NCBI GenBank assembly: GCA_001818155.1
Contig: MHJU01000005.1
Location: forward strand, 11,805-75,804
Length of the DNA stretch: 64,000 nucleotides
Reading direction: 5' to 3'
Source: Candidatus Jacksonbacteria bacterium RIFCSPLOWO2_02_FULL_44_20
GTDB taxonomy: Bacteria > Patescibacteriota > Patescibacteriia > UBA9629
Under the pieces are notes generated by a model. That model did no database searches, had not been told where the DNA came from, and saw only the letters and a program-made list of their open reading frames with translations. The translations under genes were made by a program, and so were the position numbers. This document shows, piece after piece, positions 1-7,909 of this stretch; the stretch's first letter is position 1, and each line of letters opens with the position of its first letter.

Positions 1-1272
1 CGCGAGATTTTCCGTTTGTATAATATCTACCGGGTCCGTGCCTGTTAAGAGCATTTTTTGAAGAACTGTCTGCCCGGCGCGCGAGGAAATTTTACCTTCC
101 AAAATCAGCGAGACGAATTCAGCAAAATTTTCCGGGCTGACGGATAGCGTTTTCCAGTCGTTCTTGACTAACGGCGCGAGATTATTGATGAGCCAATTTG
201 CCGCGAGTTTTGCAAGACGCTGGCCCGAATTTTCTTCAGATTCTTGCTCTATTGACTCCATCCACGCAAGAAGTTCTGACATCACTTTTTCCGCGTAGTC
301 GGCGAGCGCGTAGTCGCGGGTTAAAAGGTTTGCATCTGAAATTGAAAATTCGTACTGCTTGTGAAAGCGTTCGCGTTTTTGTTTAGGAAGTTCAGGCAAA
401 GTTTTTTTAATTGCGCGAATGTCGGCAATTTTGAACTTGATTGGCGGAATATCAGGTTCGGGAAAATATCGGTAATCGTGAGCCGATTCTTTCTCGCGCT
501 GTTCCTCGGTTATTCCGCGCTCGTCGTTCCACCCGCGCGTGGACTGATGAGAAGGCGCTTTCCCATCTTTCCATAATTGTTCTTGTCGCTTGATTTCGTA
601 GTTCAGAGCTCGTTCAACTGCGCGAAATGAATTTAAATTTTTGATCTCTATTTTTGGATTGAGGACTCTGCTCCCTTCTTTTTTCAGTGATATATTTGCG
701 TCGCAACGCAAGTGCCCTTTTTCCATGTCGGCCTCCGAGACTTGAAGCGAGCGCATAATCGCGCGCAATTCACGAAGCGTATTCCCGGCAGTTTCAGGGC
801 TTTCAATATCCGGTTCTGTAACGATTTCCATGAGAGGAGTCCCGGCTCGGTTAAAGTCAATAATTGTGCATCCCTGCACTTTGGAATGCAGAAGTTTTGC
901 CGCGTCCTCTTCTAAATGCAAGCGATTGATTCTGATTTTTTTGTCTTCTATAAATAAAAAACCATTTTTTCCGAATGGCTCGTCATATTGCGATATTTGA
1001 TAACCCTTTGGCAGATCCGGATAAAAATAGTGTTTTCTATCAAACTTTGACTCAAGTGGAATCTCGCATGAGAGAGCCAGCGCGGAGAAGATTGCCCATT
1101 CAATTGCAGTTTTATTTGGAACCGGCAGAGTTCCCGGGTGACCCAGGCAAACTGGGCACACGGTTGTATTGATTGGCTTTTCTTCGCCAGAGTTATCGCA
1201 CGCGCAAAACATTTTTGAGTTTGTTTTAAGCTGGACGTGAATTTCCAATCCTATTACCGGTTTTAAGTTCAT
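1..1272 (-). CDS. gatB: Asp/Glu-tRNA(Asn/Gln) amidotransferase subunit B (3' end outside window)
   Basis: Not in the ORF track. Manual translation from ATG at 1272 gives MNLKPVIGLEIHVQLKTNSKMFC...CPVCLGHPGTLPV, then RKHYFYPDLPKGYQISQY and EKGHLRCDANIS, all GatB signatures. Confidence 0.96.
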   Translation of the reverse strand, partial: MNLKPVIGLEIHVQLKTNSKMFCACDNSGEEKPINTTVCPVCLGHPGTLPVPNKTAIEWAIFSALALSCEIPLESKFDRKHYFYPDLPKGYQISQYDEPFGKNGFLFIEDKKIRINRLHLEEDAAKLLHSKVQGCTIIDFNRAGTPLMEIVTEPDIESPETAGNTLRELRAIMRSLQVSEADMEKGHLRCDANISLKKEGSRVLNPKIEIKNLNSFRAVERALNYEIKRQEQLWKDGKAPSHQSTRGWNDERGITEEQREKESAHDYRYFPEPDIPPIKFKIADIRAIKKTLPELPKQKRERFHKQYEFSISDANLLTRDYALADYAEKVMSELLAWMESIEQESEENSGQRLAKLAANWLINNLAPLVKNDWKTLSVSPENFAEFVSLILEGKISSRAGQTVLQKMLLTGTDPVDIIQTENLA

Positions 1273-2065
1273 GGTTTTCTAAAAGTTCTTCGGATTCTGC
1301 GCGCGTATTTTGAAACAGGCTAGTCGTGGCTATCACAAGATACGGCAATCCGAGATATGCATAGATGCTTACAATAAGATCTTTCCACCATGGCGATAAC
1401 GATTCAGCAAGTTCAGGGTTGAATAAGATGTCGGTTTGATGGGTGATTACAGCGATAATAAGCGTCGTTAGGATAGCTACAACGAGAGATATCATTATCG
1501 TAACAAGTAAAATACATATCAAGAGTAGCGATGTTTTTAGAGGGTGGTGAAGAAATAGCGTTACGCTTCCTTTGATGCTTTTAATCGGCCCTTGTTTTTC
1601 AATGACGAAAATGTAACTTGCAAACAATGAAAGCAGAGTTACCGCGATAATCCATGACGCGCTTATAATTGAGAGGAAAGTGAGCGAGTATGCATTTTCA
1701 ATTTTTTGTCCGATAATCGCCAAAAATGCCGGAACGCTGAACGTAATCAGCGATACAATAATAAAAAGCGCGAGAAACGGAATAGATCGCGAGAATGCGT
1801 CGCGAAAGACGATCCTCGCTCGCACCGGATTTAGAGATTCCATCGCGGCGCTTGCTGTTATGAGAGAAAGTAAAACAAATAAGGTAACTATGTTTAATAT
1901 GACGCCGAAAATAGTTGTGAAGACCGGCGCGAGTTCGCCAAAATTTGCGTAGCGGCCGATGATGTGAAGAAGAATCGTCGGAATCACTACAGGAGAGAGA
2001 AGTGTAAGGTAGAGAGAAAAACGGCGGATATAGATACGAAAGGCGTTGCGAATTATGTGTGTCAT
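1226..2065 (-). CDS. Hypothetical multi-pass membrane protein
   Basis: 279-aa ORF with about 6 hydrophobic segments; 3' end overlaps the gatB start. Confidence 0.75.
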   Translation of the reverse strand: MTHIIRNAFRIYIRRFSLYLTLLSPVVIPTILLHIIGRYANFGELAPVFTTIFGVILNIVTLFVLLSLITASAAMESLNPVRARIVFRDAFSRSIPFLALFIIVSLITFSVPAFLAIIGQKIENAYSLTFLSIISASWIIAVTLLSLFASYIFVIEKQGPIKSIKGSVTLFLHHPLKTSLLLICILLVTIMISLVVAILTTLIIAVITHQTDILFNPELAESLSPWWKDLIVSIYAYLGLPYLVIATTSLFQNTRAESEELLENHELKTGNRIGNSRPA

Positions 2066-2093
2066 AATTAAAAATTCAAAATGTTTATGGATT

Positions 2094-2747
2094 TCATGCT
2101 GTAGTTTTGAGTTTCATTAACACGCGCTTCCAAATCGCTTCAGCTATCTCCTTTTTTCTCTTAATTTTGTTACCTCTATTGCATTTAATGATGCGCCACT
2201 TCTCTTTTCGCGCTAGTTCCAGTCCGTATCGCGCCGCACTTTTTAAGTGTTCGCGATCTTTTTCGTGGATATCTTTTTTCTTTCCTCGTTTTGTAATTAA
2301 AGCATAGGCAAGCGCGTGTGGCAAGGAAAGGTAAAGCACAAGATTTGGCCGCGTGATGTTAAGAACATCGTACTCCATTTTTTCAAGCCAAGATGTAAAC
2401 ACGGCTCTTTGATTGTAAGGGAGCTTGCTTCCCTGATGAATCAAATTTGATGTGGTATAACGGTTTGCAATGATTATTTTTTTCTGCTCCATCCATTTTA
2501 TAAGCGTCGCTTTCATCTCAAACCGATCAAGCGCGTATAAAATAGAAGCAAGATGAGGGTCAACCTCGTTTATTCCGCCGAATTCTCCATTTAAGAAGCG
2601 TCTGACAATCGCGCCGAAAAATGTGCGATCGTACCCTGGAAAATCCAGTTCTGCAACTTTATACCCTTCTTTTTTCAAGCGCTGTACCAGAAGTTTTTGT
2701 TGCGTTGTTTTTCCGGCGCCGTCTATGCCGTCAAGAACTATGAGCAT
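2094..2747 (-). CDS. tmk: Thymidylate (dTMP) kinase
   Basis: P-loop LDGIDGAGKTTQ, LYALDR, ANRY (DRY variant), P-x-LVLYL. Confidence 0.92.
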   Translation of the reverse strand: MLIVLDGIDGAGKTTQQKLLVQRLKKEGYKVAELDFPGYDRTFFGAIVRRFLNGEFGGINEVDPHLASILYALDRFEMKATLIKWMEQKKIIIANRYTTSNLIHQGSKLPYNQRAVFTSWLEKMEYDVLNITRPNLVLYLSLPHALAYALITKRGKKKDIHEKDREHLKSAARYGLELARKEKWRIIKCNRGNKIKRKKEIAEAIWKRVLMKLKTTA

Positions 2748-2755
2748 AAATATTT

Positions 2756-3196
2756 TTACCCCGTGCTCCCGAATCCCCCTCGTGAATTGGGAGCAATTTC
2801 GTTAACCTCCTCAAATTCCGCAAGAGCGATTTTTACAAGCACTGCTTGAGCGAGTCGCGTGCCGCGCTCTATTGTAACCGGCTTGTCGGTAAAGTTGTAG
2901 AGTTGCAGAATCAATTCATCTTCCGGCCCGCAAAAATCCTGATCTATAATGCCTATGCCTTGTGGTATTGAAAGTCCGTACTTTCGCGGAGTTGAAGATC
3001 TTGGGACAACCATAAACATATATCCTGGCGGTGTTTCAATGATAACGTTTCCAGCAATTCGCGCGATTTCTTTTGGCGCTACTACGGCGTCTTCGCGCGC
3101 ATAAAGATCAAACGCAACCGCGCCTTTTGTCTGATATTCCGGAATCGGCAGAGTTTTATCTATGCGGATAATTTTTACTCGCGTGCGCTCATTCAT
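2756..3196 (-). CDS. dut: Trimeric dUTP diphosphatase
   Basis: Motifs AFDL, PRSS, GIIDQDF, RLAQ and C-terminal RGGFGSTG. Confidence 0.93.
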   Translation of the reverse strand: MNERTRVKIIRIDKTLPIPEYQTKGAVAFDLYAREDAVVAPKEIARIAGNVIIETPPGYMFMVVPRSSTPRKYGLSIPQGIGIIDQDFCGPEDELILQLYNFTDKPVTIERGTRLAQAVLVKIALAEFEEVNEIAPNSRGGFGSTG

Positions 3197-4281
3197 AGTA
3201 GTGAAGTTAATTCTAAGAGTGTGTCAAATAAAAAGTCCGGGTTTTCCGCCGCTAGTTGCTCTTTGGAATGATAGCCGCTTCCGATGCCCGCCGATCGGAT
3301 GCCCGCCGCTCGCGCCGCACGTATATCGTGTATCGTGTCGCCGCAATACAACGCGTGTTTATTTTGAGTTTGGAAATGGGTTAGAATGTTTTGCAAATCC
3401 GTTTCTTTATTGCGCGATCCGCCGCGGATATGGGTTATGTATTGGTCAATGCCATACTCCTGCGCTTCTCGTTCTACAAATTTTTCTGGATGGCTTGAGA
3501 GTATCGCGATTTTTTTGTCGTTTGCTGTAAGTTGTCCAAAGACACTAGGCGCGTCAGCGTATATGGTTGGCTTGTTACCGTTTTTCACCGCTTCGTTGAA
3601 GTATTTCCTGAAGAGCTTTAGTAGTAAGTCCGCATCTTCGCTGATGTCGTTTTTGCGGTAGTATTCTAGGGCAGTCATCGTCGCGCTTTTCAAAAATTCA
3701 TCAAATACAGGCATTATTTTGCCGAATTGTTTAAGCACGCGCGCGGTCGTCTCGTATACAGGTTTTCTGTCGTCCGAGATCACCCCGCTCCAGTCAAAGA
3801 TAAAGAGATTGATGGGTGCTTGATACCATCGTTTACCACTCAACACTCCCCTCTCTTGAAACATCTCTCTAGCTCTTTTCACTAGATATATTTTTGTGAT
3901 TCCAGCAGAGCGCACTTTGTCCCAGCAGGATTCGCACGCCCACCAGTGTCCGAATATATACATTTCTCCGTTTTCGGTATCAACCCCGGCAAGCCGAGCG
4001 TTTCGGAGAGCATCCGCTTCGGTGTGATTTTCTTCTATGCACTCTGGGCACAGATTGTAGCCAATGCCGGAAGGGATATTTTGGATCGCGCGAGGACAAG
4101 GAGATGAAACCCGATCTCTCGCATTATGTCCGCGCGCAATTACCGTCTCTTTGTTTACGATCACTGCTCCGATTTGCCGTGATCCGCATCCTGATTTGTA
4201 CGCTTCTGCCCGCGCTTCTTGCATGAATGGGTGGGATGCTGGAGCATACTCATATTTATTATTATGTTTCAAGGTTTCCAT
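3193..4281 (-). CDS. dCMP-deaminase-like (ComEB/DCTD family) domain fused to a HAD-family phosphatase
   Basis: N-half: RQIGAVIV, GHN, HTE and CESC zinc ligands, AGITKIY. C-half: IFDWSGVISD, ILSS, YCGDTIHDIRAARAAG. Confidence 0.85.
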   Translation of the reverse strand: METLKHNNKYEYAPASHPFMQEARAEAYKSGCGSRQIGAVIVNKETVIARGHNARDRVSSPCPRAIQNIPSGIGYNLCPECIEENHTEADALRNARLAGVDTENGEMYIFGHWWACESCWDKVRSAGITKIYLVKRAREMFQERGVLSGKRWYQAPINLFIFDWSGVISDDRKPVYETTARVLKQFGKIMPVFDEFLKSATMTALEYYRKNDISEDADLLLKLFRKYFNEAVKNGNKPTIYADAPSVFGQLTANDKKIAILSSHPEKFVEREAQEYGIDQYITHIRGGSRNKETDLQNILTHFQTQNKHALYCGDTIHDIRAARAAGIRSAGIGSGYHSKEQLAAENPDFLFDTLLELTSLL

Positions 4282-4930
4282 ATTTTTCTTTTAACTCTTC
4301 TAACTTTCCCTCCCGAATCAGCCGTATCTCATCCACGTTGTCCGAGCGCGCCTCCAAACTGTATGGAGTAGAGGCTGTATATTTTGCGTCCGCAACACCG
4401 TGTTTTCTGGTTTCTTCAGGAGGCACAGGGCTTGAAAGCGTATGAATGACAAGCTGGCAAATCCTCTCGCCAGGGTACAACCGGATAATCTGTCCGTTTG
4501 TGTTATTTACAATCGGGATCATCAGATACCCCGAGTACCCGACATCAATAATGCCGCTTTCAATGATGAGCCCTCGGCGGATGATTGTGCTACGCGCGTA
4601 CATCACAGCCATGAGCTTGTCTGATTTGATTGCGATTTTTTCGTACGTTGAGGCGATCACAAATTCAGACGGCAAAATCTCAAGATATTGCCCGGGCTTT
4701 ATATTTAAAAGTTTGAAATTCTCTTTTTTGTTTTCGTAATCCATATAATCCACAGTAAGGGCAACGCGCCCTTTTTCGTTATACTCGGAGTTTTTGGAAA
4801 TATAAAACATTGTTCCGAGCCGCAGATCAATGGAATTCGGCTGAACTTGATACTGGTCAAGCCGCGGCGTAAAGGAGAGATGTCCTTCGCGAATTGCTTT
4901 GACGATGTCGGTTTTTGAAAGAGTGGACAT
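4262..4930 (-). CDS. dCTP deaminase-like protein (trimeric dUTPase fold) lacking the deaminase Glu
   Basis: QPNSIDLRLG, ARSTIIRRGL, IDVGYSG, LYPGERICQL match the Dcd family. The E138-equivalent position reads Pro (LMIPIVN). Confidence 0.85.
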   Translation of the reverse strand: MSTLSKTDIVKAIREGHLSFTPRLDQYQVQPNSIDLRLGTMFYISKNSEYNEKGRVALTVDYMDYENKKENFKLLNIKPGQYLEILPSEFVIASTYEKIAIKSDKLMAVMYARSTIIRRGLIIESGIIDVGYSGYLMIPIVNNTNGQIIRLYPGERICQLVIHTLSSPVPPEETRKHGVADAKYTASTPYSLEARSDNVDEIRLIREGKLEELKEKYGNLET

Positions 4931-4969
4931 AAAAAATTAAAAATTCAAAAGTCAAAATGCAAAATTATT

Positions 4970-5803
4970 TTACAGCACAATTTTTAATCCTTTAAGCGCA
5001 GGCATTGGAGCATAGCGCGATTCAAACTGTCCTGTAATTTCTGAAACAAGCGTTTCGTCGCCCTGTTCAGCGCGGTCAAAGTAGTCGGGTTGAGCCGTAA
5101 AGTAGATGGGGCCGTGATCGTTTGTGCGATTAATAAGCTCCCATGCTGTGTCATAGTGAATGTCGTAAATGTGGGCGTTTGAGATAGAATGCGTAAGTTT
5201 TCCAGTGGCTACTCCGAGCTTTCCGGCAAGAATGCACAAAAGCAGATAAAATCCGGCAACGTCGTGCGGACAGCCGAGAATCATGTCGTTGCTCCGCACG
5301 ATATTGTGAATGTGCAGTTTGTTGTTAATGATATTTGCAGTAAACGTGTACGGGCAAGGGACGTTTTTTTTAGTCGTGCCGCTTTCCCCAAGTCCGTCGT
5401 CTCCCGGATCCCACGTTACAACAACAGCGTGGCGCGAGCCGGGATTTTCTTTAAGATGCGTAATAAGCTCGCCCAACTGATCCCTGCCGAAGTGATGTCG
5501 CCAGCGGTATCCGTAGGCGGCCGTGACAGTACCGTCTTTTTCAGTAAAATCTTTCCAGATGTTGGTAAATTTGTTGACAAAATCATCAGGGTTGCGGCTT
5601 CCTGTTATAAACCATATCATTTCAGCAACAAAAAGAGTAATGGGAATTTTCCGGAGCGTCAAGAGCGGGTAGCCGTAGTCAAGTTCAAAGTTTACACCCG
5701 GCAATACTTTGAGCCTATGCCCCGTCCGCTCGTTATATTCGTCCGAGCCTGTGTTCATTATGCGACGCAGGATTTCCTGATATTGACGGTCAAATTGGGT
5801 CAT
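4970..5803 (-). CDS. Thymidylate synthase-family protein, Asp-type (dCMP-specific signature)
   Basis: ERTG, YPLLT, EMIWF, AYGYRWR, PC, RSND, HIYDIH. Start moved to ATG 5803 (MTQFDRQY) to avoid overlap with the upstream gene. Has PHD where canonical ThyA has PFN. Confidence 0.9.
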   Translation of the reverse strand: MTQFDRQYQEILRRIMNTGSDEYNERTGHRLKVLPGVNFELDYGYPLLTLRKIPITLFVAEMIWFITGSRNPDDFVNKFTNIWKDFTEKDGTVTAAYGYRWRHHFGRDQLGELITHLKENPGSRHAVVVTWDPGDDGLGESGTTKKNVPCPYTFTANIINNKLHIHNIVRSNDMILGCPHDVAGFYLLLCILAGKLGVATGKLTHSISNAHIYDIHYDTAWELINRTNDHGPIYFTAQPDYFDRAEQGDETLVSEITGQFESRYAPMPALKGLKIVL

Positions 5804-5814
5804 TTTTGATTTTT

Positions 5815-6303
5815 TTAGCCTTGATACACTATCTTGCCGTTTGATTTTGCCCATTCTTCGGAAAAACCAACGTGCGATATCACGTTACTGCTTCTATCAA
5901 GCTGACGTTCGGTTTCTTTCAATAGAATACCGGGCTGAATTTCATAAATGACCTTAATTTTCAATGGATTTGCCTTGTAAAATATCGCCAAGTAAATCAT
6001 CTTATTACGAGTTATACGATACAAAGATTCAGCCCTTTTGTCTGTCGGCGACTTAAACATTCGGTCCAGTTGCCCGGTTCCTCCTTCGTAACAAGATAGA
6101 TATTCGTACTTCATTGACGGGTCGTTTTTATCACGAGCGTCCGCATCTCTTTTTGAAGCTATCAATTCGTGTCCAAGAGTTTCTGAAATTATCATCTCTT
6201 TAACTAACCCGGGTTGCAAAATGTTAGGAATACCGATACTTAATGCTAACTCCTGCGCTTTAACCACAAGCTCAATGATTCTAGAAATTATTTTTTGCAC
6301 CAT
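5815..6303 (-). CDS. Putative type II restriction endonuclease, PvuII-like
   Basis: 162 aa, directly downstream of a DNA MTase. Colinear by-eye similarity to R.PvuII (QELALSIGIPNILQ, DADARD..KYEYLS, IYEIQP, NGKIVY). Confidence 0.65.
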   Translation of the reverse strand: MVQKIISRIIELVVKAQELALSIGIPNILQPGLVKEMIISETLGHELIASKRDADARDKNDPSMKYEYLSCYEGGTGQLDRMFKSPTDKRAESLYRITRNKMIYLAIFYKANPLKIKVIYEIQPGILLKETERQLDRSSNVISHVGFSEEWAKSNGKIVYQG

Positions 6304-6305
6304 AT

Positions 6306-7100
6306 TTATACAAATAGTTTACTCTCTTGTTTTAATTTGATTTCTTTTATCCTTTTATTGCAGATTTCAACAAAAGCAGAGTTAATTTCAAATCCTATAA
6401 AATTTCGTTTTAGTTCTTTGCAAACCGCAAATGTGGTTCCAACTCCGGCAAATGGATCTAATACCAAATCTCCTTCATTAGAACTGGCTTTTACAATTCT
6501 TTCTATCAGCTTAATTGGCTTTTGTATAGTATTCAAAAGTTCCCTGCTTATTAATTCTTTGGATTTGTATGTAAGTTGTTTAATGTCGCCCCACACGTCG
6601 CCGGGATTCTTGCCGTTGCCGTTAAATTTCGTTTTGTGAAATTTACCATTCATAACCGACGGCACATTTTCACATCTTTTTCTATGCTCCAACTCAACCA
6701 ACTGCGGGACGCGGATATGGTTTAAGTTAAATACTTTAGTAGTTTTTCCTTTAGTGAAGTAGGCGATTATATCATAGTTATTTGTATAGTTAGTTCTTCC
6801 TTGGGCCAGTCTGCTTGGCTGATACCATACAATTTTCGCATTTAAGTTCAGATATGGGCGATAATCAATAAAGTCAATACAATCAGGTTTCCCGAATAGA
6901 TATAACGAGCCGCCTTTCTTTAATATCCTTGAGAATAATTTTATTAGATTTAAATTATATTCCTGTATATTTTTTATTTTATCCCAATCGTTTTCAGTTA
7001 CTCCGAACGGGCCATCGCATACGATTAAATTTATTGATTCGTCATCAATTTGTTTTATGAGTTCAAAACAGTCGCCTTGATAAACTTTGTTTATTTTCAT
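6306..7100 (-). CDS. Beta-class N6A/N4C DNA methyltransferase
   Basis: GDCFELIK, motif IV variant DGPF, PGDVW, QKPIKLIERIV, motif I LDPFAGVGTT. Confidence 0.92.
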   Translation of the reverse strand: MKINKVYQGDCFELIKQIDDESINLIVCDGPFGVTENDWDKIKNIQEYNLNLIKLFSRILKKGGSLYLFGKPDCIDFIDYRPYLNLNAKIVWYQPSRLAQGRTNYTNNYDIIAYFTKGKTTKVFNLNHIRVPQLVELEHRKRCENVPSVMNGKFHKTKFNGNGKNPGDVWGDIKQLTYKSKELISRELLNTIQKPIKLIERIVKASSNEGDLVLDPFAGVGTTFAVCKELKRNFIGFEINSAFVEICNKRIKEIKLKQESKLFV

Positions 7101-7106
7101 CTTTTT

Positions 7107-7625
7107 CTATAGCACTTTATATTTCACCAGCACCTCGTCATCTCCCAACCGTTTAACCTCGGTGAGTTTCAGCGTTTCGGCATTCAGTTCAACATCATTG
7201 CCAAATATACTTACTCCGCGGCCGAAAATTTTTGGCGCTATCGTGAAATATAGTTCGTCAACTAGTTTCTCGCGGAGAAAGAGCGCATAAATTTCCGCGC
7301 CTCCTCCGATAACCGCTCGTTTGAAACCGCGCTCGCTTAATTCTTTTAAAATACCGCGCGGCGCGGTATTTTTGAACTCCAAAACATTCGGGACTTCGCG
7401 CTCTTTGTAAAGATGCGGACTTCGCGTCATAACAAGAGTGAGGCGATTTTTGAGCGGTTTCGGGAGCGCCTGATAAGTATGCGATCCGACAATCACAACC
7501 CCGGCTTTTTCGGTTTGCTCCTTAAAAAAGCGCTTGTCAGCGCTTGATGTCCAATCTACATTGTGGAGAGCGTGTTTTGCTATTTTTCCGTCAAGAGTTA
7601 TAGCGGCTATCAGTATTGTTTGCAT
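7107..7625 (-). CDS. folA: Dihydrofolate reductase family protein
   Basis: IAAITLDGKI, W..SAD..FF, VGSHTY, PLKNR, IGGAEIY, VDELYFTI; co-operonic with the ThyA homologue. Confidence 0.82.
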   Translation of the reverse strand: MQTILIAAITLDGKIAKHALHNVDWTSSADKRFFKEQTEKAGVVIVGSHTYQALPKPLKNRLTLVMTRSPHLYKEREVPNVLEFKNTAPRGILKELSERGFKRAVIGGGAEIYALFLREKLVDELYFTIAPKIFGRGVSIFGNDVELNAETLKLTEVKRLGDDEVLVKYKVL

Positions 7626-7836
7626 ATAGATAAATGGCGCGCGCTTGGCGTACTTGCAGAGTATATTTCAATACGGCTTTAATTTGATCTTTAGTTATCC
7701 GCAATGTTTGCGCGATTTCTTCAATCGTCGCGCCATCGGCAAGTTTATCAATGACGATATCAGTTGTTACATAGGTGCCTTTTATCGTCGGTTTTCCAGT
7801 TTGTTCGTCAGTGATAATTTCGTTTAATGATTGCAT
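7591..7836 (-). CDS. DUF433 domain protein (antitoxin-like HTH)
   Basis: GKPTIKGT.V..DIVIDKLADGATIEEIA...IT.DQIKAVLKY fits the DUF433 pattern. Confidence 0.8.
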   Translation of the reverse strand: MQSLNEIITDEQTGKPTIKGTYVTTDIVIDKLADGATIEEIAQTLRITKDQIKAVLKYTLQVRQARAIYLYANNTDSRYNS

Positions 7837-7880
7837 TGGTTATACCTGCGATAGAGTGCATGCGTATGGCGAGAAGCACC

Positions 7881-7909
7881 ATTATACACACGCCAGCTCG
7901 CAGATTAAA
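7881..7909 (-). promoter_or_regulatory. Putative sigma70 promoter for the DUF433-folA-RM-thyA-dcd-dut-tmk operon
   Basis: Perfect TATAAT (7881-7886) with TTTAAT 17 nt upstream; the -35 is weak. Confidence 0.45.

Noticed and set aside
5189-5809. Long + strand ORFs opposite real genes (also 28073-28690, 47435-47998, 16876-17394 and many shorter ones)
   Set aside because: Antisense shadows with no recognisable motifs.
2094-7625. Phage-like genome-wide incorporation of m5C/hm5C, or a prophage origin for the operon
   Set aside because: No phage genes, housekeeping flanks, CG-rich words remain abundant, and the deaminase plus Tmk point toward dTMP. Not strictly excluded without nucleoside analysis.
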